NCBI GenBank assembly: GCA_964634255.1 | Contig: CAZWJC010000008.1 | Coordinates: 381-64,380 of the forward strand | Reading direction: 5' to 3' | DNA length: 64,000 bases | Origin: an uncultured Verrucomicrobiota bacterium | GTDB taxonomy: Bacteria; Verrucomicrobiota; Verrucomicrobiia; Limisphaerales; MWDV01 | Shown here: positions 25,401-32,328 of the stretch, piece by piece | Layout: each line of letters opens with the position of its first letter | Position numbering within the stretch: the first letter of the stretch is position 1 | Notes under the pieces: generated by a model | Told to the model about the DNA's origin: nothing | Database searches by the model: none | The model's input: only the letters and a program-made list of their open reading frames with translations | Position numbers and translations under genes: made by a program

Positions 25401-28381
25401 CTGGCGTTGCCGCCACCAGCCACGATGCTGCCGTCCAACTGAACCGTGCCGCCCACGCTCAGGCGAATCGTCCCACCCCCGCTTCCCTGGATGCCGCCAC
25501 TGCCGAAGTCAATAGGTAGCGTCTCTAAATCATAAGTCCCGCCGCCGCCCTGGTAACCACCATATACCTGGCCCCCGCCACCACCGCCGCCGTGTCCACC
25601 GCCGCCGCCGTTGCCGTTGTAGGCCGACCACCCAGCACCCGGTCCGGTCTTCGCGGGATAGCCCAGGCCGGTTACGTTGAGCTGACCGTTCGTTTCAATG
25701 GTGGCGTCACCAGAGACGGCGAGGTTGAAGGTGTCTTGTTGCGCCGCATGACTCAGCGCGGCACCGCCGTTGACACGAAGGTTGACGATGGACGAGATGT
25801 TCTCTGGATAGATCATTGCTGCGCCGGTAGCCGTGAGATCAAAGATCTCGCCCGCCGACCAGAAGTCCGGTCGCAAGACGGTAATGCCGCCTCCGCCGTT
25901 TCGGTTGTCCACCAGCACGTGTCCACGAGGGGAAGAAGTCGCGTGCGTGAAGATCGTGCCCGCACCGCCGCGTTGAGAGCCCGCGCCGCCGCTCGCAATG
26001 ACGACTCCCGTGAACGTGTTTGTGCCAAAGACCAGGGCAATGCGACCGCCCCCGCCGCCGCCCCCGCCACCATTGCCACCGTTGGCAGTGACCGTCCCCG
26101 AACCGGTGAACGTGGCGGCATCTATCCAAATGCTGCCGCCGGCGCCGGCGCCGGCGTAAGCGCTGTTATTCCCGCGGTCATTTCCGTTGGCGTTGATGAC
26201 GCCGTCCACTTGGAGCGTGCCGGTAACCACAAGCCGGATTGCTCCGCCGCCATGTCCGCCGAGCCCGGAGTAACCATTGCCACCGCCACTGCCAAAATCG
26301 ACCGGTGACGTGATCCAATCGTATGCGCTCCCGCCGGGCCGACCATTGGCCGCATAACCACCCTGACCGCCGTGAGCGCCGCCGCTGCCATGATCCCCCC
26401 AATTGCCGCCCGCCCCAGGCCCACTGGCGGATGAGTAACCCAGCCCGGCCACGTTGATCTGGCCATTGGTTTCAATGACGAGATCGCCAGTGACCGTGAG
26501 ATCGAAGTCGGGTTGCTGAGCCGCGTGGCTCAGCACCGCACCGTCGTTCACCCGCAGGCTTGCGAGGGTCATCGGCCCTTGGATTTGAACGGCGGAAGCC
26601 CCGGCGCAGAGCAGATCGAATGACGTCCCGGCCGACCAGAAGGCGTTCGTGAGTGTTGTGACAATGCCGGCATTGCCACCGTTGTCAATCCGCACTTGGC
26701 CGCGTGCGGTGCCGTTCATTTGGCGAAAGACGGTGCCGGCGCCGCCGCGCTGGTAACCGCTGCCCCCCAGTGCTTGGATGGTTCCCGCGAAATTGTCGGA
26801 ATTCAAGTAGAGCGCAATGCGTCCGCCGCCGCCGCCGCCGCCGGCAGTGCCACCGGCGCCTCCGTTGGCTGAGACCGAGCCGGCGCCCGCGAACGTACCT
26901 GCCGTGATCCACACGCTGCCGCCCGAACCACCGCCCGCGTAGTAGCTGCTCCCGGAGTAGATCATCGCGCCACCGTCGGCAGCGATTGCGCCGTCCACCC
27001 GAAGGGTGCCGCCGACGTTGAGTTGGACCGCGCCGCCGCCGTAACCGCCGCGGCCACCGTAGCCGTTGCCACCGCCACTGCCAAAGTCGGTCGGGGTCGG
27101 TATGAAATCGTAGGCCCCACCGCCGGGCACGCCGTTTTGACCGTAACCGCCCTGTCCACCGTGACCGCCGCCGCTGCCATCGTCTCCCCAGTTACCTCCC
27201 GCCCCCGGCCCGCTGGCCGAGGCGTAGCCCAGTCCCGTCACACTAATCTGGCCGTTGGTCTCAATGATAACATCACCTATGACTGTGAGGTCCAAGGGGG
27301 TTTGCAGGGGGTGATTCACCACCGCGCCGCCGTTCACCCGCAGGCTCGCCAGGGTCATCGGTCCTTGGACTTGGACGACGGATGCCCCGCTGCAAAGCAA
27401 GTCGAATGAAACACCGGCGGGCCAGAAGGCGTTTGTGAGCGTCGTGGCGATGCTGGCGTTGCCGCCATTTTCAATGCGCACTTGACCGTGCGCGGTGCCG
27501 TTGGTCTGGCGAAAGATCGTGCCCGCGCTGCCCCGCTGCCAACCGGTACCGCCAAGTGCCTGGACCGTTCCCGAGAAACTGTCGGTGGTGAAGTAGAGCG
27601 CGATCCGCCCGCCGCCGCCACCACCGCCGGCGTAGCTCGCACCCCCGCCGCCGCTGGCCGAGATGACGCCCGCACCCGAGAGCGTGCCCGCCGTGATCCA
27701 CACGCTTCCGCCCGCGCCGCCGCCCGCGTAGCCATCGCTCCCGGCCCAAATCATCGCGCCGCCGTCGGCAGTGATCGTGCCGTCCACCTGAAGCCTCCCT
27801 CCAACGCTGAGTTCAATCACGCCGCCGCCGTAACCGCCGCGGCCACCGTAGCCGTTGCCACCGCCGCTGCCGAAGTCGACGGGTGTCGGGATCAAATCGT
27901 AGGCGCCGCCGCCGCTTCGTCCATTGGGGGTGTGACCACCATGCCCACCATGCCCACCTCCGCTGCCTTGGTCTCCCCAATTGCCGCCCGCACCGGGACC
28001 GCTGGCGGACGCGTAGCCGCGGGCTGATGCATTGATGCTGCAGCCCGTCGCGACCGTGACATCGCCGGTGATGGTCAACAGTACGCGGTTGTTCGTCTCG
28101 CCGTTGGGTGCCGTGGCGTGCGTGAGCACGGCGTTGCTGGTCAGCAACAGCGACGCGAACGAGTGCGGGCCGTTCACCGTCAGCGTGCAGTTGCTCGCGA
28201 CGATCTCCTGGCCGTCATAGGTCACATCCCCGGCACCGATGGTGGTGTTGTTCGTGAACAGGGCAGCCTCAGCGCTAATCGTCAGGGCCACGAGCACGGT
28301 TGCCATCGCCGGGAGTGAACTGTTGCGGGCGGATCGCAGGTTGGCTGAACCTCGGATCGATGAACGAGAGTGCGGCTTCAT
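16445..28381 (-). CDS. Giant exported multidomain surface protein (~3,980 aa)
   Basis: One uninterrupted ORF 16445..28510. ATG at 28381 gives MKPHSRSS...MATVLVALTISAEA, which is signal-like. In N-to-C order it contains four Gly-rich units, an Ig-like unit (HYQWFHNGQLL...GDYFVVVTNTYG), at least 4 CARDB-like units (PDLAV...VTNxG...NEANN), about 5 Calx-beta-like units and Ig/CarboxypepD_reg-like units. These are followed by a Cys-rich core, an unknown ~700-aa region with HEMNH, an FN3-like unit, 2 cadherin-like units, a cohesin-like unit and a tail ending ...TRFYRLKLSQ. Confidence 0.85.
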   Translation of the reverse strand: MKPHSRSSIRGSANLRSARNSSLPAMATVLVALTISAEAALFTNNTTIGAGDVTYDGQEIVASNCTLTVNGPHSFASLLLTSNAVLTHATAPNGETNNRVLLTITGDVTVATGCSINASARGYASASGPGAGGNWGDQGSGGGHGGHGGHTPNGRSGGGAYDLIPTPVDFGSGGGNGYGGRGGYGGGVIELSVGGRLQVDGTITADGGAMIWAGSDGYAGGGAGGSVWITAGTLSGAGVISASGGGGASYAGGGGGGGRIALYFTTDSFSGTVQALGGTGWQRGSAGTIFRQTNGTAHGQVRIENGGNASIATTLTNAFWPAGVSFDLLCSGASVVQVQGPMTLASLRVNGGAVVNHPLQTPLDLTVIGDVIIETNGQISVTGLGYASASGPGAGGNWGDDGSGGGHGGQGGYGQNGVPGGGAYDFIPTPTDFGSGGGNGYGGRGGYGGGAVQLNVGGTLRVDGAIAADGGAMIYSGSSYYAGGGSGGSVWITAGTFAGAGSVSANGGAGGTAGGGGGGGRIALYLNSDNFAGTIQALGGSGYQRGGAGTVFRQMNGTARGQVRIDNGGNAGIVTTLTNAFWSAGTSFDLLCAGASAVQIQGPMTLASLRVNDGAVLSHAAQQPDFDLTVTGDLVIETNGQINVAGLGYSSASGPGAGGNWGDHGSGGAHGGQGGYAANGRPGGSAYDWITSPVDFGSGGGNGYSGLGGHGGGAIRLVVTGTLQVDGVINANGNDRGNNSAYAGAGAGGSIWIDAATFTGSGTVTANGGNGGGGGGGGGRIALVFGTNTFTGVVIASGGAGSQRGGAGTIFTHATSSPRGHVLVDNRNGGGGITVLRPDFWSAGEIFDLTATGAAMIYPENISSIVNLRVNGGAALSHAAQQDTFNLAVSGDATIETNGQLNVTGLGYPAKTGPGAGWSAYNGNGGGGGHGGGGGGGQVYGGYQGGGGTYDLETLPIDFGSGGIQGSGGGTIRLSVGGTVQLDGSIVAGGGNASDTHYGGGSGGSVLMQVGTLTGGGTISANGGASGTGGPGGGGGGGRIALYASNLTGFDTNRITASGGSGAQWGQNGTVYLAGVPQAPVIAVQPASNSVALADVTLASMALGSPTLHYQWFHNGQLLAGANGMALTIPFATLTSAQAGDYFVVVTNTYGAATSQVASVTVPPDLAVLAVAGPTEAVPGAPVNVVWTMTNLGPGNISVPWNARIALANDAAGNGAVTLATVTLSSPLGAGASAFFTNTVIIPPSFTGQKWFVVTADPDNALTEVNEANNLRVAASAVTLPSPDLVVREVTTPAAAQFGDTITISWAVTNAGTATASSTWSDKLYLSAASNSLSGATLLATVAANASPLAVGTTYTRTQTVTLPLAAQSAAGVYFIVLAADAASTLQEGNEANNLRGACIALTLPPRPDLAVVDLAGPGSAIAGMPVELVWTVTNQGTAAVSVPWTDSIYLSGDTNVGNDQFLFLLQCTNQLAVGESVTRTQVVTLPPTFSAPAVNFVVVADSGDDLIELNEGNNNAITTNAVVPLSTLTMQLPMTEVSEAAAGTPIQGVITRSGNVTSNLVVSLVSSNTAELRVPANVTIPAGAASTNFEVTIIADGVVDGPKDVTLTATAPGVAFDQVFVRVLDANRPQLRLATAFPHVLEGAALAGVISRDGGITNDLTVLIESYSRFRLQAPGYVTIPAGATNASFSLLAANDTLVEGPADCTVVASASGFIGDSTSVTVYDDDTPAVTLALANPVVSEGAGAQATLATVTRTPVTARTLTVELVSGDPSTATVPARVVISENEASATFAVATVDNVIVDGTKTNWIGGYVLASQGAEQVANLPAVTLLVTDDDGPALTLTVNPKLLAEGVLPAGTGTVIRSTPPTNALAVTVTSSDLTEVSSPGLVMIPAGQASAAFEIGTVGDGTNDGNRTVTLTATATGFASASERVTVSDSVLPDLVVSSVNVPTTADAEAYVSVNYRLANQGFNTTYSNFITRVFLSSDAAVGDDTLAGQYTFNGMLPPGQFFEQTLQVRLPQACANYWILVQTDTSGAVEEILEDNNTAMSPQAITVGAAYHASVEAGVDTALAGTPVPLQGRATNALGAPAAFKLVNIHVVHNGMSRVISALTDSEGRYAIQWNPLPGEAGSYEVGADHPGVAVVSAQDHFTLLGLKANSTPIRQQMSSLATFTGQFQLQNQADLPLHGLSVQASTTANIAVQAQAINTIPASGSVTVSYSITSLLDEESLVTFTFVCATTEGAYVEVPVELIIKPLRPRLVVLPGSLNVGLVRGQQRFVELEVINTGGAASSPLTLALPNLPWLSVASTNPIPALASGETNHFTLQFLPPPEQAIGELTGTLAVTGEGLFNPVEFKLKVVSAAVGTLKITTVDEMAYYGSPPTNLAGVAVVLRDPFDNSVVARGETDAQGELAFEELPEGRYNLEAAVAKHDTTTGTVDVKPGETNDQLVFLRTQLVRYTWKVEEIAIEDRTKITLETTFETTVPAPVVTIEPNVVDLSQIQGDETQVNFTIKNHGLIAAQDAQFVFPSHANWTFTPLLKELGELPAHSTITVPVLIQRKRAGGGLSPKDAGDSDCYLWPYLGYKYICGPRGIPMKVPVLLWGLVGDCKSKPGEDGTSRIPYLAPPPPTSALPGESAPSGKTDLTFSDSQNYVTAMQACSCGTDDCWTSQLGLRYDLAGPIKDSINSILAVQAPGLKLRGVRLTTSVSGQFCNCCDTNGNRGLKTKTKVGVGIETVIGLGFQPELGWEIKQPPAAPIEAKADLLAGVEFTLYGSGELELSTKCHFQDPRLCMTFTLGGKAFAGVKATATLSVEEGNLKYKGSAKGAAGFETGLSLKYSACSDSPPKLESCFDGLVAKVEIEGSVTVKQTERYVKHGISRTLITNSCLPLLQAQQLAPVLPELDADSVAQILGVASASQLNQSPGAPAGTSGAGTRNTALAATTRSRTITYESLPPQPAPATPVASVKPASRSPKDASGAGVCATVKLQMEQDATFTRKAVGAMLEIVNEAESPITDLYVVLSIYDESGELANDRFVILPAELAGLTVTDPGIPATNDFAIGRELWAMPAASTGQARWVILPTDAAATNGVAQYYVGGAMTYLVGGVPSASVMAPAAVNVYPNARLTVDYFHQRDVFSDDPFTDVIEPAQPFSLAVMVCNTGYGVAKNFKIASAQPRIVENQKGLLVDFKILATEVAGQNLTPSLTATFGDIQPGQTAIGRWLLTSTLQGLFLDYNATFEHDELLGGRAASLVESVTIHEMNHLVWAGGAFEDGKPDFLVNEIADERDLPDTLYLSDGRTNSVSVVETATVAAPPSAQNLVVQLTAPMLAGWTYLRVPEPGKGEFILTNVVHVSDGVRIPLGTNAWTTDRTFIGMGRRPVSENVLHLLDFNSAGAYTLYYTPAPQPDTTAPTSAVAELAAQSPPAFQVAWNGADTNGSGVAFYDVFVSVNDGMFTPWLQHTPLPAAMFSGELGSRYAFYSIATDERGNREAPPTTPDATTSATLTNQAPLLTAPATQTLEEGGTLQLTLNASDPEGSAIRYALSSGAPAGVVLNAASGQLTWVTGEANGPSTNTFAVTATDNGIPPASATQPLTIIVREVNTAPVLATFTNRTVNEGSLLTAASSAQDFDVPANKLRYRLGSDVPTGVSLDATNGVLRWRPSDLQGPSTNAITIVAYDDGSPSLSATQQLTVIVRDTRADFTLHVGSTNLLVGLNNSVPLRLDSGADLTNLTFVLETDLSRLTNLALQLLASEVASSGIQQVGSNRFQLQFTSPADVSLQGSLTLTRLAFQAGPAEHSAIVPLTVQSLVGYLRDGRTLERGAAGAGRVFVIAREPIVDLQHATNGLAVLSLYGLPDQRYALVSATNLTAAATWTTVRDLVLPEAGNWTGDWTISAPQGFTRAVEVSGTSLAVRLESGKVVVEWPAACAGCELQESPSLNAGAAWTRCETQPQLSGGRYRAELPVTGLTRFYRLKLSQ
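20496..20505 (-). repeat. Homopolymeric G10 (C10 on the coding strand) tract inside the giant gene
   Basis: Forward sequence ...tgggc gggggggggg ccaaa.... The coding strand reads ttg gcc ccc ccc ccg ccc acg, giving L-A-P-P-P-P-T, which matches the track translation ...YLAPPPPTSALPG.... Confidence 0.9.
25150..28030 (-). repeat. In-frame tandem coding repeat, 4 units of about 789 bp (263/263/259 aa plus a shorter 4th)
   Basis: Units begin at residues ~163, 426, 689 and 948 of the 4,021-aa track ORF: [AG][RL]GY[AS]SASGPGAGGNWGD...FGSGGGNGYGGRGGYGGG...GGGGGGGRIALY...AGT[IV]FRQ.NGTA.GQVRI.NGGNA...LASLRVN.GA. Units 1 and 2 are near-identical over long stretches. Confidence 0.85.
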
Positions 28382-28680
28382 AGGCAGGGCAGGCAGGTGG
28401 TTTCTCCGGAGGGATTGCGCTTGAATCTGGAACTGGTCTGGAGTGCAACGACCACACCCTGGCGAAGTTTGGAGAGCCAGCCTTTCGGGAGATGACCAGT
28501 TGAAACCCAACGGTCCATAGTTGACGCGAGGTTTATACCAGTCGCGGAGCTTTGCGGCAAGGTCAGGACGGATCAGGATTACTACGGTCTTGCCACCGGA
28601 ACAATCCGGAGGAGCTTGCTAGCCCGGGCCAGCGCTTTTCGGCGTGTCCAATCGGACCGGTTCGTGGTTGAATCGCGCCC

Positions 28681-29466
28681 GTGGAAGTCATCATTCAGCC
28701 GACGGCGGAAGCCGCCGCCGCCTTCGCCGCACGGATCATCGCCCGCGAGCTCCGGGCCAATCCGCATCTCGTCCTCGGCCTGGCCACCGGCAAGACCATG
28801 GAGCGCGTGTATCGCCAGCTCGTGCGCATGCATCAGGAGGAGCGCCTCGACTTCTCTCTTTGCCGCACCTTCAACCTGGACGAGTACGTGGGTCTTTTCC
28901 CGACCGACCCGAACTCCTACCGGTTCTACATGAACCAGCACCTGTTCCGCCATGTGAACATTGACCTGAGGAACACGCATTTGCCCAACGGCCTGGCTAG
29001 CGACTTGGCGGTGGAATGCCAGCGGTACGAGACCGTGATGGAGCGCTGTGGGGGAATTGATCTGCAGCTCTTGGGCATCGGCAAGGCCGGGCACATCGGG
29101 TTCAACGAACCGCTCTCCGCCTTGCGCTCCCGGACGCGCGTCAAAGCCCTCACGCCCACGACGATCAAGCAGAATGCGCCCATGTTCGGCGGCGAGGACA
29201 AAATGCCGCGCCGCGCCATCACGATGGGCGTGGGCACGATCATGGAAGCGCGCCGCTGCCTCTTGCTGGCCACAGGGGACAGCAAGGCCGGTATTCTTGC
29301 CCAAGCCGTGGAAGGTCCCATTACCAGCATGGTCACTGCGACCGCGCTGCAACTCCATCCGCGCTGCACCGTGGTCGTGGATGAGGAAGCCAGCGCGAAC
29401 CTCAAGGAGCGCGACTATTACCGCTGGATCTTCGAGAACGAACCCGAGTGGGAGAGCTATCGGTAA
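28681..29466 (+). CDS. nagB: Glucosamine-6-phosphate deaminase
   Basis: The 261-aa product begins (V/M)EVIIQPTAEAAAAFAARIIARELRANPHLVLGLATGKTMERVYRQLV...FNLDEYVGL...LLGIGKAGHIGFNEP, the canonical NagB signature. GTG start. Confidence 0.9.
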   Translation: MEVIIQPTAEAAAAFAARIIARELRANPHLVLGLATGKTMERVYRQLVRMHQEERLDFSLCRTFNLDEYVGLFPTDPNSYRFYMNQHLFRHVNIDLRNTHLPNGLASDLAVECQRYETVMERCGGIDLQLLGIGKAGHIGFNEPLSALRSRTRVKALTPTTIKQNAPMFGGEDKMPRRAITMGVGTIMEARRCLLLATGDSKAGILAQAVEGPITSMVTATALQLHPRCTVVVDEEASANLKERDYYRWIFENEPEWESYR

Positions 29467-29667
29467 GGGAAGAAACACCGAACATCGAACGCTCAACTTC
29501 GAATGCTGAACAGCCTCAATCGGTGACCTGTTAAAAACTAGGTTTCACACCCGCTTGGTTGGCTCACGGTTGTCGGGGCGTTAGTCTGCCCATCCACGGC
29601 TCGGAGGAGGGCTCGCTCAAAAACGTGGAGAGAGTGGTGTCATCCTCGGACGGCAGGAAGCCGGCCT

Positions 29668-29886
29668 TCAGGAGTGCCGGAAGGTAATGCGCGCCTTGTT
29701 TAAGTCGTAGGGCGACATCTCCACATTGACCTTGTCGCCGACGCTGATGCGGATGAAATGCTTGCGCATCTTGCCGGAGATGTGGGCGAGGACCTCGTGC
29801 CCATTAGGCAATGCCACGCGGAACATGGTGCCAGGCAGCACCTGGGTTACGCTTCCAGTCAGTTCAATCGGTTCTTCTTTCGCCAT
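29668..29886 (-). CDS. infA: Translation initiation factor IF-1
   Basis: The last 72 codons of track ORF 29668..30570 read [72 protein letters not shown], a full-length S1-like IF-1. The upstream 228 codons of that ORF are non-coding read-through. Confidence 0.95.
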   Translation of the reverse strand: MAKEEPIELTGSVTQVLPGTMFRVALPNGHEVLAHISGKMRKHFIRISVGDKVNVEMSPYDLNKARITFRHS

Positions 29887-30084
29887 GCGACCAATCGCGC
29901 TTCGGGCCATTTCCTGCCATGAACAACCGCCAAAGGCAACTCCTTTTCCTCCTACATTCACCCGTGCTCGCCGCTGCCGCAGCGTTTCTCCCCGAGCCAG
30001 CGCGCGGGGCTGGCAGCGCAGCCGACGCAGGTCAAAAAACGCGTGGACAAGTGCGGGGGAGTGTTTAAAGTGCCGCCCAACGAT

Positions 30085-30363
30085 ATGAAAAAGAACCCTT
30101 TTATTCCAGCCTTGATTGGGGTGCTGGCCGTGCTCACGGTGTTCGGCGCCTGGGCAATCTGGAACACCTACGTTTTTTCCAAAAAGAGCCGCACCCTGCA
30201 GGCTCAGGCCGCATTCATCAACAACACGCGCATGGTGATGGACGCGCTCGTCAAGGACACCGTCGAATACAGCCGGAAGAACCCAGCCGTGGATCCAGTC
30301 CTGAACTCCATTGGCCTCAATCCTACGGATGCCCGCAACGCCACGAAGAATCCCAACCGCTGA
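30085..30363 (+). CDS. Small single-pass membrane protein (hypothetical)
   Basis: ORF 30043..30363. ATG at 30085 gives [26 protein letters not shown]..., one TM helix. No family recognised. Confidence 0.5.
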   Translation: MKKNPFIPALIGVLAVLTVFGAWAIWNTYVFSKKSRTLQAQAAFINNTRMVMDALVKDTVEYSRKNPAVDPVLNSIGLNPTDARNATKNPNR

Positions 30364-30369
30364 TTGCAC

Positions 30370-30864
30370 ATGAACGAGAATCCTACCCCCAAGCCCGTAT
30401 CCTCTGCACCGGCTCCTGAGGTGGTCGAATCCTTTGAGACCCTGCAACGGCAGTTCCAGACGGTGCTGCTGATTTTGATCGTTCTGGTCGCCGTGTTGGA
30501 TTGCTACATGTGGCGGCAATGGCGGTTGATCAAAGGCGAAGTGCGCACCATCGAACCGCAGGCCATGCAAATCGCGGCCCAGTATCAGAGTGTCACGCTA
30601 CCACTGGCCAAGAACTTCTCGGGCCAGCTTGCGGCCTATTCCAAAACCCACGCGGATTTCCTGCCGATTTGGACCAATTACGTGCCCGTGTTGACGAAGA
30701 TGGGATTACTGGCTGCGCCGGGAGCTGCCGCTCCCGCCGCCGCCGCTCAGCCTGCAAAATCGCCAGCGGCCGCGCCGGCTGCCACGCCACAGCCTCCGAA
30801 GGCCGCCGCGCCGGCGCCGGCCAAGGCCCCCGCTGCCGCCCCCGCGCCTGCCCCGAAGAAGTAG
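30370..30864 (+). CDS. Single-pass membrane protein with Ala/Pro-rich C-terminal tail (hypothetical)
   Basis: ORF 30364..30864 with first ATG at 30370. The TM helix is [17 protein letters not shown] and the low-complexity tail is [45 protein letters not shown]. It abuts the previous gene. Confidence 0.55.
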   Translation: MNENPTPKPVSSAPAPEVVESFETLQRQFQTVLLILIVLVAVLDCYMWRQWRLIKGEVRTIEPQAMQIAAQYQSVTLPLAKNFSGQLAAYSKTHADFLPIWTNYVPVLTKMGLLAAPGAAAPAAAAQPAKSPAAAPAATPQPPKAAAPAPAKAPAAAPAPAPKK

Positions 30865-30879
30865 TATCGTAGCGGTCGG

Positions 30880-31287
30880 TTACTTCGATGCCTCGCTTGG
30901 GGTGAGTTTTGCACCGCAAGCGAGGCAAAACTTTGCGTGAGGCGGGCAGACTTCCCCGCAATCCGCGCAGGTGAGGTGCGCCGCGGAATGCCGGCGGTGG
31001 ATGACGAGGTTGCGGATGTACGGAATCCAGGTGAAGGCGTAGGCGAAGATGAAAACGGAGTCTTCCTTGTGGAGGGAATAGATCAGCAGAAGGAGCGATC
31101 CGGCCAGGCTCAGCCACCAGAAGGCCGTGGGCACGACCACCCGCCGCAACTTCTCCGTGGCATACCATTGCACGAAGAACCTCGAGAAGAACACGGCGTT
31201 TCCCACCCAGCCGACCACTTTCCACGCACCCCACTCGATGCCGAGGAACTTGCCGTCGTGCCAGATCACATTCGTCAGCCAATCCAT
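30880..31287 (-). CDS. Lipid-A-disaccharide synthase N-terminal (LAB_N) domain membrane protein fused to a C-terminal zinc ribbon
   Basis: The LAB_N pattern is GWVGNAVFFSRFFVQWYATEKLRRVVVPTAFWWLSLAGSLLLLIYSL...YIRNLVI. The C-terminus CADCGEVCPPHAKFCLACGAKL is a CxxC...CxxC zinc ribbon. Confidence 0.75.
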   Translation of the reverse strand: MDWLTNVIWHDGKFLGIEWGAWKVVGWVGNAVFFSRFFVQWYATEKLRRVVVPTAFWWLSLAGSLLLLIYSLHKEDSVFIFAYAFTWIPYIRNLVIHRRHSAAHLTCADCGEVCPPHAKFCLACGAKLTPSEASK

Positions 31288-31446
31288 GGGCGGAGTCTAG
31301 CGTGCCTTCGCGGATTCGGGTAGCCGGAAAGCTCGGCTCAGAGCGAAACGGGTTGCCCCACCGCGGCCCGGACGAAGCCGATTGCCGCGCTTGCCCCCCG
31401 AGACAATTCGAAGATGCCGCTGGCAGCCTGCCGGCAGCGTGTGGGC

Positions 31447-31740
31447 TCAGGCGAGCTTCTCCCAAAGCGTGATCTGGGGCGGTTCGGCGACCAACGCCGG
31501 CAGTTTGGCCAACAACGCCTGGAGGTGCGGGCGCGCAAGGTGATCGTCCAAGTGCTGCTTGCTGGACCAGTTTTCGTGAAATAGGAAGTGGCCGGGACTA
31601 TCCGTGGCTTGGTGCAAATCGTAGTTGATGCAACCCGGCTCTTTCCGGGTGGTCGGGATGAGTGCGAGCAGTTCCTGCCGCAACACGGTTTCCTGGCCGG
31701 GTTTGGCTTTGAAGGTGGCGACGACGGTGAGGGTTTTCAT
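31447..31740 (-). CDS. Antibiotic-biosynthesis-monooxygenase (ABM/YgiN-like) domain protein
   Basis: ORF 31447..31848. ATG at 31740 gives MKTLTVVATFKAKPGQETVLRQELLALIPTTRKEPGCINYDLHQATDSPGHFLFHENWSSKQHLDDHLARPHL, the typical ~97-aa ferredoxin-like ABM fold sequence. Confidence 0.8.
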   Translation of the reverse strand: MKTLTVVATFKAKPGQETVLRQELLALIPTTRKEPGCINYDLHQATDSPGHFLFHENWSSKQHLDDHLARPHLQALLAKLPALVAEPPQITLWEKLA

Positions 31741-31780
31741 CGTTTGGTTGAGCAATAGCGTTAAGAGAAACGGTAGTTCA

Positions 31781-32317
31781 CTACGGAGCGGCTGTATCAG
31801 TAGGGATGGACTCAAAGACGGCGGCGGACTTGTTCTTGCGGACGGCATCCCAGCGAAACACCCGCCCGTTCATGGTGATGAACACGTCGGGCGGGAGAAG
31901 TTGGACGGCGGCAAAGGCCAGGCCGAGATTGAACAGGCCGTCCGATTGCCCAAAGGCAAAGGGGACCATCGCGCCGACGAGCACAATCGTCTTGCCGAGA
32001 CGGGCCTGAGCCAGGTGGCGGGCGGTCAGCACCATCGTGTCCGTGCCATGGGTGATGATGAGCCGCGGCTCCGGTGCGGCGGCGGCAGCGGCACGGATGC
32101 CTTCGCGGTCGGTGTCGGTCATGTCGAGGCTGTCCTTGAGCAGGACGATCTGGACTTTGGACTCGGGCAACGCCACGCGCGCCTGAGCCAGCATGGCCAG
32201 CACGTTGGTCCGCGAGAAACCCAGCGTGCCCTCGACCGGGGAGTAAGTCTTGTCAATCGTCCCGCCGGTGACCAACACGCGCAGATCGAGGCCGGGACTG
32301 GACGCCGGAGAATGCAT
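31781..32317 (-). CDS. Asparaginase-domain protein (short, N-terminal-domain type)
   Basis: ORF 31781..32632. ATG at 32317 avoids overlap with pyrF. The motif VLVTGGTIDK matches the catalytic Thr motif TGGTI, followed by IITHGTDTM. 178 aa. Confidence 0.7.
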   Translation of the reverse strand: MHSPASSPGLDLRVLVTGGTIDKTYSPVEGTLGFSRTNVLAMLAQARVALPESKVQIVLLKDSLDMTDTDREGIRAAAAAAPEPRLIITHGTDTMVLTARHLAQARLGKTIVLVGAMVPFAFGQSDGLFNLGLAFAAVQLLPPDVFITMNGRVFRWDAVRKNKSAAVFESIPTDTAAP

Positions 32318-32328
32318 GACGGCGGAAG

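Noticed and set aside
25150-28030. Possibility that the periodic repeats are a CRISPR array or a mobile-element repeat
   Set aside because: The period is ~789 bp, not 28-37 bp repeats with spacers. The repeats are in frame within one ORF, encode a conserved protein unit, and have no associated cas or transposase genes.
29467-29667. Search for rpmJ (L36) or another small gene or ncRNA downstream of infA
   Set aside because: Translating the minus strand gave only ORFs of 8-10 codons. No L36-like Cys/Lys-rich peptide and no convincing structured-RNA signature were found.
29887-30570. Upstream 228 codons of the 300-aa ORF 29668..30570
   Set aside because: Only the last 72 codons are a perfect full-length IF-1. 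The extension overlaps two plus-strand membrane-protein ORFs and has no coding features.
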